Assembly (NCBI RefSeq): GCF_009914755.1
Contig: NC_060925.1
Length of the DNA stretch: 64,000 bases
Direction: 5' to 3' (one strand)
Source of the DNA: the human T2T-CHM13v2.0 reference genome, Homo sapiens
Shown here: one piece after another, positions 34,071 to 50,580 of the stretch
Position numbering within the stretch: the first letter of the stretch is position 1
Layout of the letters: each line of letters begins with the position of its first letter
Translations under genes and position numbers: made by a program
Notes under the pieces: model-generated
The model's input: the letters and a program-made list of their open reading frames with translations, nothing else
What the model was told of the DNA's origin: nothing
Database searches by the model: none

Positions 34071-34161
34071 TAAATAATTTTACACTATGTTCTTATTATG
34101 TTTTCTTATTATGATTGCTTCCTTATTATGAAAGTTAGACATTCCCACTTTTAGAAATTTA

Positions 34162-34522
<361 letters not shown>

Positions 34523-35559
34523 TCACTTATAATTCCACTTTTCTAAAATATATTTCCTACTGGTCTATTTTGTATGTATATATACAAACATTTTTAACAA
34601 AAATGAGATCATGCGGTACTTACTACTTTATAATGTAATTTATTCATTTAATATATCAGAGTATCTTGATGGTTGCATGGTTTTCCAAGGTATGTATATA
34701 CCACAATTCACTTAAACAATTATTGAATATCAGAATTTTTCCAATATTCAACATTATAAAACCATTGTCACAAACATTATTTTGCTAAATATTTGAACAG
34801 TTCATGATTATTTCCTTAGGATTAACTCCTAAAAGTAGAACAGATAATCAGAAGATATAAGGCATTATATATACTGACAAGTTACCCTCCAGAAGAGGAT
34901 TACCAATGTACATTTCTACTAGCAGTGTTAGAGAGTGATATTGTTCCCTTCCGACAACCAGATTGGAGCTACTAAGCAATTAGTCGCATACCAACATAAA
35001 TGAGATTTACCATCTTAAAACAATTTTAAAAGGATTTTTAAAGTTTTCTGTCCTGGATTTTGCCATGATTGTAACTGATTTCTCCCTTAATAAGGAAAAT
35101 AAGCCATCAGCTCAGAGACCAGAGGGATTTAGGAGCTTAGCAATAAACCATCAACCATTTCCTCTACTGGGAGTCTGTATAAAAGTTGGTTTATTGTCAT
35201 GGAATATGATGCAGCCATAAAAACAAATGAGATGGCACTCAACTCACAGAAAGTAATCTCTAATGATGGGCTTTCCAACGCTATATGGCCCCTATACTAA
35301 GGAAGTAGCTGGCATCTCTCATTTTATGCCCCCATACATCTACCCAAACTGAGGAAAGAGAAATTCTACAATATCAATATGGAGAAGGAAGGCTATGGTT
35401 CTCTGTGTACTTTATAAAGAGTATTTTGTTCTATGCTCATTATTGTATATCCTGGGAAGCCTAATTTTAGTTTTATTTGAAGATGAAGAAAGAGAAACAT
35501 TAAGCCACACATGCTTTTCATTTTTTGTACAAATTTATGGTGTATGTGTGCAATTTTTT

Positions 35560-36105
35560 TGTTTTTCTGTTGGTTTTGTTTTGCTTTGTTTTGTTTTTTT
35601 TGAGATGGAGTCTCACTCTGTTGCCCAGGCTGTAGTGCAGTGACACGATATTGACTCACTGCAACTTCTGTCTGCTGGGTTCAAGCGATTCTCCTGCCTC
35701 AACCTCCAGAGTATCTGAGATTACAGGTGCCTGCCACCACGTCTGGCTAATTCTTGTATTTTTAGTAGAGATGGGGTTTCACCATGATGGCCAGGCTGGT
35801 CTAAAACTCTTGGCCTCAGTGATCTGTTAGTCTTGGCCTCCCAAAGTGCTGGGATTATCGGTGTGAGCCATGGTGCCCAGCTGCAACTTTGTTACATGCA
35901 TAGATTGCAATGTGGTCAAGTCAGGGCATTTAGGCTATCAATCACCCGAATAATGTATATTGTATGCATTAACTAATTTCTTATCACCCCCCCCCCCCCT
36001 TATTCTCTCACCTGTCTGAGTATCCACTGTCCATCATTCCACTCTGTATGTCTATGTGTACACATTTTTAACACTCACTTATGAATGAGAACATACAATA
36101 TTTGA
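35560..36105 (-). mobile_element. AluS (35560-35882) inserted in an L1MA 3' fragment
   Basis: Alu followed by ttgttacatgcatagattgc...cactcacttatgaatgagaacat. Confidence 0.85.
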
Positions 36106-36356
36106 CACACATGCCTTCTAAACTAGGTATTGATGAAATAAAAACTTAGTTTCAAAGGCTTATTTTTCTTGGTGTATTCACTGTTGTGGAATTACCCTGT
36201 GGAAATAGCAGATAGCTGCTTCTGGAATGTATCGTGACATAAACCGATAAATTCAGCAAAGACATCTACCTGTCAACTGACTTTTATACTCCAATTATGT
36301 TATTTTAGTTTTATTTCTAAATATTATTAGACAATAATTAGAAATATTAAATTATT

Positions 36357-36666
<310 letters not shown>

Positions 36667-36704
36667 TTAAATTATTAAGGCCCTGGTTTAATCCATGAGA
36701 CAGT

Positions 36705-36945
36705 AGATTACAGCGGTAAATAGCATGAGCTCTGGGGTCAGACCGTAGGAGTTTGGGAAAGTGACTTCTAGACAACTTTGAGCAAATTACTTAGCATCTC
36801 TATGTCTGGGCTTCCTAATCTGGAGAATGAGGATGACAGTGGTACACATTTCAGATGGTTGCTTTGAGGATTAAATGAGATAATACCTGTAAAGTTTAGA
36901 ACAATGCCAGGCACATGGTAAGGCTTGGAGTTAGTTATTGTAGAA
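36705..36945 (+). mobile_element. MIR
   Basis: ctttgagcaaattacttagcatctct...tgaggattaaatgagataatac. Confidence 0.8.
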
Positions 36946-37149
36946 GGGGCTCTATAAATAAATGTTTAATTGAAAAAAATCAACAGTCCAACTGGGGGTG
37001 GCAGTTAACCACTCTTACCCCAAAATGGAAACCTCTTGCTATTGGAATAACTTTCCAGAATAAAATATATGAAAGAAAACTTGATGAAATACAGGCATTA
37101 AATGTTATCACATAACCATCCGTAAATTCTGGGTTTCCACAAAGCAGTT

Positions 37150-37620
37150 CTTCCGAATCATAATTAAGGGTTTGAAAGTCAAATGATTTAACTGCTAGTT
37201 TTAATTACCTCTTGGTGAACTTTAGTGTGTTAGAATTGTCACAACTTTCCTTGAGGATTACTCTGAAGTCAAGCAATACAGTGGGAAATTATTAACTCCT
37301 ACTTTGGTACAGCAATTATCTGCATTACAAGGTTTATGCAATTAGCTGTTTAAGATGTCATTATATTTTGCCATCTGGTACACAGGAGTTTATGCATATG
37401 AACAGGCACGTGTTGAAGTGATTTTCACTATATGACTTGTTCTCAACCCAAGTCATCGCTCTAATGAGGGGAAGTTGCCGTGCACCGTACATTAGTGGCA
37501 GGTGCACACTATCAAGCTTCATTTTCATCGAAGACCTTCATTTTTCCATTTTAAAGTATTCTGCACAAGTGCTGGAAAATTAATTAGTCGTTCTCAATTG
37601 AACAACGCCTGCAGACGTGT
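37150..37620. promoter_or_regulatory. Candidate enhancer on the CpG-island shore
   Basis: Repeat-free; TAATTA x3, TTTATGCAAT/TTTATGCAT, CATCTG, CACGTG. Confidence 0.4.
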
Positions 37621-38520
37621 TCTTTAGCAGTTAGGCGGGGGCACGGCTTCAGGTAGGGGCCACTCCTCCTCCTCACCCGGACGGCTGCAAGGAACCCTCA
37701 TTCTGTGCAAAGCCAGGGCGCAATCCTGTGCAGTAAACCTCCCCTCGCGAAGAGGGAAGCGGGGTTCGCTGTTGCACCCCAGGCCGAGCGCCCTAGGGGA
37801 GAGGGCGCCGCAGCGAGTCCCGAGATCCGAGCCCGGCCTCGACGCCGGAGCGCTCCCGGAGCTGGTCCTTGCCCGAAGCGCATTAAAACGGCGCCCTCTG
37901 GTGTCAGCTCGCGGCGGCCGGGTAAAAGCAGTGGCGCTGGGGGTAGAGTTCTACTCGCCACCCTGTTCGCAAACTGAAAGATCCCCGAGTTTAGAAAGTG
38001 TCTTGCCGCTCTGCGGACGCTGTGTCCGCGGCCCCGCTGTCGCGCAGAGCTGGGCTGCGATCAGAAAGTCCGGCTCCCCTGGCCCCAGACAGTGGCTCCC
38101 GGGGGAACCAGCGTGGAGGGTGAGGAGGGACCTGGCCTTCGAAGGCAGGAAGGACAGAACCCCCAAGCCACGACGGCAGCGGGGCGCGGGGACGGCCGGG
38201 CTCCAGCCACAGAGGCCCGAACTCGGCCCGCACTGCCCGGCGGCAGGCCGCGAAGGAGCCCCGGGTAGTGGGGGCGGCAGGAAGGAGAGGCGCGCAGGGC
38301 CTTCGGGGCCTCCCCAAGCCCCGGGCTCCCGTCTGGGCTTTGTGGGTTGGCGGTGTCTGAATCGCCGACGGGCCGAGCCGTGCCGGGAAGGCGCGCGGCC
38401 CCGCGCGGGCACCTGGCCGAGGCCGCCCCGCGCTGCCATTGAAATGTGACACTGATGAACGAGCTAGGCCCGCGGCTTTCTTTGGGAGAGTTGGAAGTCG
38501 CCAGCCGCGAGATCTGGGGC
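37620..38520. promoter_or_regulatory. CpG island 1 (orphan)
   Basis: High GC, CpG not depleted; no coding exon. Confidence 0.9.
37889..37907 (-). promoter_or_regulatory. CTCF motif (reverse)
   Basis: Minus strand CTGACACCAGAGGGCGCCG vs core CCASYAGRKGGCRS, one mismatch. Confidence 0.55.
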
Positions 38521-38603
38521 TCTCAGGTTCCCTGGGAAACGTTCTCCCCGCACCCCACTGCCTCCACCTTCGGCACTATTGCTATCCTCTCCCATTTCCC
38601 CCC

Positions 38604-38604
<1 letters not shown>

Positions 38605-38647
<43 letters not shown>
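38605..38647. repeat. (CA)n microsatellite, ~21 units
   Basis: Direct. Confidence 0.95.
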
Positions 38648-38650
<3 letters not shown>

Positions 38651-40151
38651 CTCACGCGTTTTCGAGTGCCAGACCAAGAGTCTTAAGTTCAGCTCCAGGA
38701 AGACAGGGTAGTGGCGGGAAAGAACATTCTGACGACGGGGAAGTTTGAGTTGGTTGGGGCTGAGTCAATAAAGTCGCCCCTTGAGCCTTTTGTTTTGAGG
38801 CTTTGATTGCAACGGCGCCTTTCGCCTTTTATATTTGGGGCCTGGTGGGTGACAGTGAGGGGACAGAGGAAGGGGACGAAGCACGTGGAACCTGGCCCCT
38901 TTTGGGATGTTTCTGCACCAGCTTTTGTTGGGGGAGAGGATGGGAAGGGAAGGAGGGAGAGTGGGTGCCTTACAGGCAACCAGCAAGGATTTCTTGAGAG
39001 ACAACAACGTGCGGAGCACTGAATCAGGCACCAGCAGCGCTTATTGAGAATGAGAATAGGATCTTGCAAGCTGATTAGCGAGAGAAAAATTCAAAAAAGG
39101 GACAAATTGGTTAGATTAAGTATCCAAATAGATGCAGCAAAGCTGAGTAAACAAATCAAGGATGGGTATTGGAATTGGCTAGTGGAGTCTCAGAGCATCT
39201 GTGTGTGGACATCTCCGTGAGTCCATTGCAGTTCAGAGGTTGTTCTATGTAGGCTCAGCCTAGAAAACAGATACTTAATAAAGTTCGAGATGACGTTGTC
39301 AAAAAAAAAGAGCCAATCATTCCGGTTGGAAGATAAAGTTGGACAAGTAAATCAAGCCCAGACTGAGAAGGCTGAGGGGCCCAGAATCTAACGGATAATC
39401 TACTGGCTTTGGGGCCAGACTAGCACAGAAGCAGCCCTATCCAAGCCTCTTAGGAATTGTAACTATGAGTCTCTGTTTCCCTCCGTGAAATGGGGATAAT
39501 TATGCCTTGGTATTGTGAGGATTACACAGGGTTAAATGAGACAATGTCCTTGGGCCTAAATACTTTTGGTATTGATATAACCCCTCCTTCTCTTTCAACC
39601 ATTTCAGAATCGTTCCCATGATCCCTAGGCTCTGGGCATCTTCAGGAGTTCTTCAAATAAATATGTGACTATGCCCATCTTGTTTATGTTCAGTCAGCTC
39701 TGTTGCCTCAGACACTCAGCAGTTCATGTTTTACTGATACCTTTTGGAGCCTCTAAATTATTTGAAAACACTGAGTTTTTACTACAGGCTTCGGTAATTG
39801 ACTTTCGGAGTAACCGGCCCATGAGACTGGTCCATTTAATGTCAATAATAAGTAATATCAGTTTATTAGACTCTCACCAGTGGCCCTTACTGAACATTCC
39901 ATCCTCCATGATCAAGAGCAGCAGTTCAGCTTCTTAAGCAAATCTTATTCCTGTCTGTTGTAAAAAGTCATTTCACTGTAATAAGTATCTGCTTTCCCAA
40001 AGCTAAAACTACACAGAACAGCCTGTGCCCTGCAATTGACTCAGGGAGATACCCACATTCTGAAGTACTGAGACTGGGACTTGGGAAGGTCAATGCTCTG
40101 ATTCAACACAGGTGATATGAAGAACAGTAATGAGTTTCAAAGTGGCCTATA

Positions 40152-40442
40152 GGCCTGGTGCGGTGGCTGACACCTGTAATCCCAGCACATTGGGAGGCCA
40201 AGGCAGGTGAATGGTCATAAGTTCGAGACTAGCCTGGCCAACATGGTGAAATCCTGTCTCTACCAAAAATACAAAAATTAGCCGGGCGTAGTGGTACATG
40301 CCTATAATCCCAGCTACTCGGGAGGCTGAGTGAGGCAGGAGAATTGCTTGAACCCAGCAGGCAGAGGTTGCATCGAGCTGAGATCACACCACTGCACTCC
40401 AGCCTGGGTGACAGAGCGAGACTCTGTGTCAAAATAAATAAA
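40152..40442 (+). mobile_element. AluS
   Basis: TSD caaagtggcctata. Confidence 0.93.
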
Positions 40443-42244
40443 TGACCAAAGTGGCCTATAGACTGGATCACAGCTCTGCCCTTTATTTACCAAAAAAAAG
40501 CCCTGGATTGCTCATTTTTGGGAAATGGTACCAAAAAGAAGTAGCTAAGGTTTCCAGAAATATACCTATCCAATCCACACTCTTACACCAATCAATGTGT
40601 GTTTCCATGACATGGAAGTCCTAAAGTCTGTTCTCAAGTCACCCTAGCTATGTGAAGATGATGAAATGAGAAACATTAAAATTCTAGAATGAAGATAGTA
40701 ATTTCAGGAAGAAAATTTATCAGCTTAATGTTTGAGCTAGGGTATATGTTCTTTGAACATTATCCTCATGATTTTATTATAACGAAACTAAGGCATGAAC
40801 TTGAAAAATGGGAGAATGGGAGAAAATTTTACCCTAAAACTAATAATGCAAATGTTGGGAGAAATACTCTTGTATTTCTCCATATTTCTGCTAGCACCTA
40901 GCACCTAGAACAGTGTAGAATATACAAAATACATTCCATTAATATGTGTTGGTTTCAACTGGTTTTTCTTTACAAAGCCCCCTTATCTAATTACCAACTG
41001 GTCCCCAAAAGCTAACAATCTAACCACCCAACCTTACATTTGGTAACTTTATAGTGTTAGTTACACAGTAGGGTTTTCCTGCTAACGAATCCTCTGTGGC
41101 ATCTGTTTCAAAATGAAAATCTATTATATTATTAGAAACACTCTCAGTGTAAAGAAACCAGAGATGAATTGCCAAAGTCTGAGCTCACGATATTGTGTTG
41201 GCAAGCAAAAGCATCATGGCTGGACCCAGTGGGAGAAAGAAGATGGAATGCACACCTTTACATCCAATGCCCAACTCAAACCCTTCTATCAGTAACTCCA
41301 CACCTTTTGATGAGTTCAGTTGTTTTGGGGGATGGAAAGGCGTTTTCTGGTTAGGAATGATGAACGGGTTGGTTTGCTACTTAGGTAAGTAAGAAGAAGG
41401 GGAACTAATGAATAATTGTTGCACAATGACAAAACAACACTCCTGAAAGAAGCATAATTTGCTTCCCTGAACAATCCAGTCCTTTCATCATAAAATGTTC
41501 CTATTACATGGATACAGACCAGCAAAAACATTTGCTATACAAAAACACCTATTGTAAATAATTTCCATAACCAGATCGACAAAGCTCTATGACTATAGTT
41601 TAGATGCCAGGATTTGACAATAGCTAGATTATACTAAACTTTTCATTGTAATGTATACACTAAAATGACATTTGGTCAGTTTGGTCATAAAATAAATATA
41701 AATTATTGATATTTATAAAATTACAAATTCACTCATTCTTGGTTTCTCCCAATGCACCCCTGCTCCCTTCTTCCATCATCAATATTTTCCTAGGAAACAT
41801 TATAATCTACAATTAACTGAGGCTGAAAACACCATCTTTTACCACATCTTTAGTGTAGCAAAAGTACCGAGCAAGCCACCCTTCTGCCTGATCTTTCTCG
41901 ATAACTTTTTTAAGTACCCTAGAGCCAGTTGGTGCGTTCTTGGCTGTAATGCAGCCAAGTGGAATGCATTACATTCCACTTGTAATGCAGTGGAAGACAC
42001 CTGGGTGTGTGCTGGGAGATCTGGGCTCTCCATAACCTGGCTCTGCCACTTCTCTATGAGACTTTAAGTGACTCACTTGATCTCCCTGAACCTCTCCTTC
42101 CTCTTCTGTGATGACAGAAGTTAGTCTTCCTTCACAAAGGTGTTGTGAGAATTATACGACACTTGATATTTAAAATTCCTAATCTAGTAATCTAGCACAC
42201 AGTAGGTAAACTTAAAGGTAGATTAATGTTAAAGTTAGATTCTG

Positions 42245-44322
<2,078 letters not shown>

Positions 44323-44799
44323 GAAATAGGTGAAAATTCCTTAGAAGGCACCTACAGCTTCTTACCTACATCATCTCATTAAATTCTCACAATGACTCTA
44401 TCAGACAGGTACCACTATTCCCTCTTTTGAGGGATGAGGAAACAGAGACTCAGGGAGATAAAGTAACTTGCCCAAGGTTACACAGCTATTCTCAAGGAAA
44501 CGTAGTGCATCCCATGAAAATAGCCTGGAGTCGAGATACTGGAGTCAAAGTGCAGCCAAAATTGTCAGGGTGCAACCTGCCTGTCCAATCAGAGCTGCTA
44601 CTTCTTTGATACTGGAATCCCCCAATTCCTGAAATTAACACCCAGTTCTCCACTCCCCAAAAGCACACGCTGAGTGCCCTCAGGGCTCTTGCTGTTGCCA
44701 ACGGACCTATAACTCGGTACAGGCTCAGGCAGCTGAGAGGAGGCTGTGGACACAACAGGCCTTGCTAGGCTTGCTGGGACGGGGCCACATTACTTTGCA

Positions 44800-45960
44800 G
44801 GCGCGTCTTTCTCCTGCCTGCTATCTAGAGCTCGCCTGTAGGTGGCGCCCTGCTTCGCTCAGGGGAATTTGGAGGGCGAGGACACGGGTCACCAGCTGCC
44901 TCCCCTGAAGGCCAATTTAAGTTGTCCCCTGGCTTGAACTGAGCGCAGGAACCTCGGTGATGGGGACATGCCCCCCTCCCCGCGCGCTCTTCCTCTCCCA
45001 GCCCCCCTGCCCTCCCCTCTCCAGGGGCTGGCGGGCCCGCGCTTCCTCCGAGGTCGGGCTACGCGGCGCGATCTCCAAGCGCTGGGGCCGAGCTTGGCGC
45101 TCCGGGGCGGCGCTTCGGTCCCCGACCCTCGGGCCGGCCCGCTGGCCCCCACTCCGCTTCCTCCCGGCACCCGCTTCGCCGGCAGCTGTAGCGGAGGTGG
45201 AGGGATGGGGGACTGTGACCCCCGTGAGTGCCGGCGGGGCGGGGCAGCTTTAAAAACTTCTGAAAGGCCTGGTTCAAAGCCTCAAAGGATAGAACTTGGG
45301 CCGGAAGGCGGTTTCCACGGAGGGGCCTAAAAGGGGGCTGGGGGTGCACCTGCAGGGCCAGGAGCTGCGGCTTGGGAAGGGGGGCCCGGTCACCGCGAGC
45401 GCCGCAGTCCCCGCCCCGCACTCGCCGCCCCTTGGAGCCGCCGCGGCCCCGCCCGGGCCCTGCGCTTTCATCCTCCCCACGGGACAGCGGCCGCGCGGGG
45501 CGGGGGCGGCTCTGGCCGGCGCGCTCCCGGCGGGGTCTTCCTTCCCTCCGGCCCCTCCCTGGGAACCCGAGATTTCGCCGCAGAGCTGAACTCCCAGATT
45601 TTAACCCCAACCCCCCCGGGCGGGAGGCCGCGGAGAACCGGGAGTCGCGACCGAGGAAGCGTCCCCAGTCACCTCCTAGCCCCCCACACAGAGCCCCGGG
45701 GAGGGTGAGGAGGAGGAAGAGCGGGAGGAAGACCCGCGCCGGTGGGTGGGGGCAGGGAGGGGGCGTCCGGGGTCGCAGGGCGGCGCTCCGGAGAGTGGCC
45801 CCGGCGGCGTCCGGAGTCGCTGCGGCCGCCGTGCCACCTCGGGCAGGTGGGGGGGGGAATGCGCGGCCGCCGCCAACCAGGGTCGCTCCGCCGTAGACGC
45901 CGAGCAGACGCGGTCCGGCGCTCGGCCGGAGAGCCGGCTAAGGGGCTTTTCATTAGCACC
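44800..45960. promoter_or_regulatory. CpG island 2 (orphan), GC boxes and G4 motif 45744-45772
   Basis: Very high GC/CpG; GGGGCGGGG; GGGtGGGGGcaGGGaGGGGG. Confidence 0.92.
44832..44850 (+). promoter_or_regulatory. CTCF motif (forward)
   Basis: CCTGTAGGTGGCGC at 44835-44848, near-consensus core, with a CTGC upstream-module-like word at 44818. Confidence 0.65.
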
Positions 45961-48449
45961 GCATTAGGAGGACACTCATCCTCCAGAGTCCTTCCCGTGG
46001 AAGCTCTTGAGTGAATTAGGTAAATGATTTGCTCCATTTGTAGTTTCTGAAGATATTTTCTCAGATCTTCAATCGAGCGCTTTAGCCGGGGAGCATATCT
46101 GTGGGGGCCTCCTTCCCACTACCTAGGGTCTCACTCGGTGACAATTGCTGAGTCAGTGAGGACGTGTGGGGAAAGGTAAAAGTGGAATTGAGCAAAGCTG
46201 AGTAATTTAGCTAAGGAAGAGAAATCGCTACTGAAAATAGAATAGTTTAAAAATAAACTACATAAAGTTTATTCTTTTGCTTGGAGTCCTGCTCCTTGAT
46301 CCGAGAAGGTAAAATCCATCAGAGTTGGGAGTTCCCTCCCCCCCATTAGCATTTATTACACTTTTTCAAAGTTACTGAAAGACTTCTTTTAGTGAATTTT
46401 AAGAAGCAATCGTGGTTGACATTACAGGCATCAAAGGTTTGGGGAACAGATGGGTAAACTTCCGAAGAGCTTAGTTGCAACACTAGCTCTCAAATTTAGT
46501 GTCAACTTTTATTTTAAAAAATAAAATAGGGTGGTGTTTTTATTAAACTTTTATATTTCAAGAGGTAGAGAACACCGAAGAGGAAAGAGACTGAAGGGAA
46601 AGTAGGGTGTTGGAAACAAAAAGAGAAAGGCGAGATTGACTGTAACATTCTGGTCTTCAACGAGTCCCAAGTTGGAATCCTAAAGCACTGCATATTTCTG
46701 GTAGCGTTAACTCTAACTGGAATATTGGCGGGCCTGGTCTCTAAGTGCGTCCTAAGAAAAAACAGATTTAAGCAAAATGGTTTTTTCCCTTTTGTGAAGG
46801 GAAAAAATTTAAGCACTTGCTTCATGCGGTAGCCCCAGCGGAAAAGCGAGCCCTCCCGCTCCCGGTGGCCTGAACTGAATTTGCTGCTTTAAAATCGGCA
46901 GGTGTGCCCAGCGTTCCCAGCGCTGCAGCCGGGACCTGATGAGTAAGAGTAAGAGGGCTCAACCGCAGGACATCACATGCCGGGTACCTAACGTCGGCAT
47001 TTAAGCAGACAGGGACTAATATGCTGGAACTATCCTCCCGACACTGGCAAAGCCCAGAGACCGCATTTCCTACCACTTTGCCCACTTTGTACTGGGCACC
47101 CTCGGTAAACAGGATGAAAGCAACATTTTTATCCCTTAAGACGAAAATGTAACCTTTAGAATACTCCCTATTCCGGGGTTGACAGCAGGTCAAGGGCTCA
47201 GAGGCAAGCTTGCATTACACATAGGACAAGTACAACTTATCAGGGTGCAAAAAAGGGCAAGAAACTTTGTAAAAGTTGGAATCAGTATTCAAAGAGATAG
47301 TTTCAGGTGGTGCTACATAATGGCATGGTAACCACAAGAAGACCAGAAATGCTTGGAGTGCATTTCTGTTCTCGAAGAGGGGTTGAGGGTAGAGGCTTGG
47401 TGCACTGTGGTTTGAAGGTTTACAGAAAGCAGCCTTATCCTCATGAAGCTGGGAAGCTATGCTTTCTCCACAAAATACTTTTAATGATTTTCGCCCCAGA
47501 GATACCGGGATCCGAGACCTTCACAGGCTCTCCTGGCCTGAGGAATCACAAAACTTGCAAACTCTGCAGTTTTTCCCTTGAGTTCACTTTAAAAACACAG
47601 GCACCTTGAGCACAAAACAATTAAGGTGGTGGTTTCCCCGAGACAACAAACCAGGCACAAACACACACCTTAGTCTGCACTGGCACTAACATTCCCACTC
47701 TAGGGCCACTCACTGCCAGTTAAAGAACAAGAGCTATCCACTTCAAGTGTGGGGACAAGCTTCATTCAGGGTGCAAACACATGCCCACAAAACACAAAAG
47801 GGGAACGGTTACTCCAAAAGAAGTCTGAAGACTTCCAGTAAGCAGTAAAGAACAGCCCGGAAGGTCTGCAACCTGTCAGCTCCAGGGGCCGTCACCACTC
47901 CATCCTGTAGCCCCACAGCATTGAGTGCTGTGTTTCGAAAATTGGAAAGTGCTGGGTTTTAATTGGGGCTGGGTCCTGCCTTCTCCCCTCTTCCTCCAGA
48001 TCGGGCCCTCTCTGTAAGCGGATTTGCTTTCCCGTGTATCGCCAGCAGGTCGTTTTTAGGCAATCTTGCTTCTGCAAAACGTTTTAAACATGGTAATATA
48101 TTGCAGTCTTATTAAGTCCCCCTCCAGAAGTGGGTGAAAGGGGCTCTGTTTTCCTGAAAGATTCAGGAACTCCACTGTCTGAGCAAGACTAGCCCAAGGA
48201 AGGCTTGGATTGACTCCGCTATCCACTTAAGTGAAGACAGTATTTTTGTTGCTGTTGTTGTTTTTGGTTTATGTTTGTTTTTTGTTTTTGTTTGGTTGGT
48301 TTTGGTTTTGGTTTTGAATGCCTAGGAGATTTTAAATTCACATAATCCTCCCTCCAGGAGGAAAAAAAAAAAAAACAAGAAAACATTGAACTTGCTACCT
48401 TCATTATAAGCCACCCTAGAAGAAGCTGAGAGGACAGGCTGCTGAACTG

Positions 48450-49130
48450 GTGGACCACGAATTAATGTGGAGAACGAGGCCGTCCGGGCTAGGTTCCCGG
48501 GGCTCAAAGACGCAAAGGGAAGGCGACAAAGGTTTCTCACAGGTCGCCGTTAGGGAGAGGGGGCAGCGCAGGAAACCCGTTTATTTAAAGTTCAGTTGTG
48601 TTGGGCATCTGATCCAGGACAACTCGCCCAGGAGCCCGGCGGGTTTCAGCTGCCACCACGAAAGTAAGGATCGGTTCTGCCGCGTCGCCCCCTCCTTCCC
48701 CTTGGGATGTGCCAGGCGGGCGACAGATAAGGGGGCGCGGCGCGGGGTCAGCCACCGAGCCAGAGGGCGGCGCCCGGTTGCAGCGCTCCACAGCCGCCTC
48801 CTGCAGCCTCGCGGTCGTGACCTTGCCGAGCAGCTCCTGCGCCTCAGGCTCGGTCCCTGCACCCGCCCTCACTCCAGTCCCTCTCAGGGCCTGCAGTGGA
48901 AGATCCCCGTGGTCCGGGTGGGTGGCGATGGAGAGCAGAATTGAATTTATTTGCTCTCAAATTCCCCTAAAAGCTCTGAAACTGGGAAAGTCCGCGGGCT
49001 GCCAGGGACAGTAATCACTGTGTCCCCACCCGGACGCAGGAGGTCTCGGGAGGAGCTCCGAGGCCAAGCGCCCGCGACTTCTGGGTGCCAGGTTGCTGCA
49101 GACGAGAAATGAAGCCCGCCAGATTTGGGC
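48450..49130. promoter_or_regulatory. CpG island 3 (orphan)
   Basis: High GC/CpG. Confidence 0.85.
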
Positions 49131-50349
49131 TCCCGAAATTTTTTGAAGTATGAGTACCTTAGATTTCCCTTCTGATACAGCGCCTCTTTCGAAGGGGTGT
49201 GTGCGAGTGTGATAGTGAAGATGGGGTGGGGAGTTCTTGCCTGCTAAAAAGTCTCACCCTGGCCCCACAAGCGAGCAAGGGGGAGACAGGCAGGTGGAGG
49301 AGAAGGTAGCACACCCTCTTCTATTTTTATTCATTATTTTGAAAATTGTGTAAGATTGATCAAGTGGAGTCCTACGCTCACGCCCAGCGCTTGGAATGAA
49401 TGAATGTTTCTCTCGGCGCTCTCAGCAAGATGCTTTCTACTAATGGAGAACTTTACCCCGGGTCTTGCAACCCACTAAACTTGGCGTCCCATGCCACACT
49501 GGGCGTCCCAGGCCTGCCTGCCCTCGACGGGGCGGTCTCTCTGCCGGCCCCTGGTAAAACAGTTACTGCACCTGGGGCTTCGCAGAGTGCAAGGAGGAAA
49601 GAAGTGGGGCATTACTTTCCAACAAGCAATGACCTCAGCCTGCCAGCGCCTACCTTGTTCTGGAAACACCTAATCTCTGCTTCCTCTATAAAGTTTAACT
49701 GCAGCTTGCCTCCAATCCCAAATTGCAAACACTAGCAGAATTGCTCCCTTAAGCATTTCCTTCCTTTGACCCTTCCTAAAGCCTTGTTCAAGTCAGCACT
49801 CTGGGGGTCCTTAAGAGAAAGAGAAATTCAGGATGGCCTTCTTTCAGTTTAAACTAATAATGACACAAAGGGAGCATACCTGAGTCCTGGGATTGTTTAT
49901 ACTTCTTCATAATTCAGTGACAGACTAGGCCTGAGGTAACAAGTTGTGTAGGAAAGAAAGCATTGCAACAGGAACATGGCTTGGAAAACTTCTCTCCAAA
50001 GGAAACCTTGGCTTCCTGCCACCTGGATAGTCACACATTAATAAGTATGCACTTAACATATACAGCCAACATTACATATTAGCATTGATCTGGTCAAGTG
50101 GAGAATTCTCCATAGTTGCTTAACTATTCCATGTATGGGAACAGATTTGGTAGGGAATGTTCTGGCCTATTCTTAATAATAATAAAGACTGCTGAGCTCC
50201 TTGCTTCACACTGACATCATAAAAGCCAGATAAAATAAACTGCTTAGAGGCCTCAGTGGAAATCCAGGAGCAGTTCAAAGATCCCCCTATTATATCTGAC
50301 CTTGCTTTCCCTGTGTTTACATTGGAGTAATAATAACCTCTAAGATTCA

Positions 50350-50580
50350 TTGAGCTGTTTGCTACATGTGCCATGCTCTGCTCTAAGCACTTTAATATGA
50401 TAACTCATTTAATTCTGACAACAGCCCTATGAATTAGTTGCTGTTTTAATCTCCATTTAATAAATGTAGGAAACTGAGGCACAAATAAACTAAGTAATTT
50501 GCCTACTACTACTTAGCCTGTGCATGTTAAAACTAGCTAGTTGTTTGGCTGCAGCACCTGTGCTCTTGACCACTGACTAC
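50350..50580 (-). mobile_element. MIR
   Basis: ggaaactgaggcacaaataaactaagtaatttgcc. Confidence 0.7.

Noticed and set aside
37698-38748. Overlapping ORFs up to 225 aa in CGI 1 (likewise 44889-46037 and 48450-49014)
   Set aside because: Stop-poor GC-rich DNA open in several frames on both strands; mostly non-ATG starts; no recognisable domain
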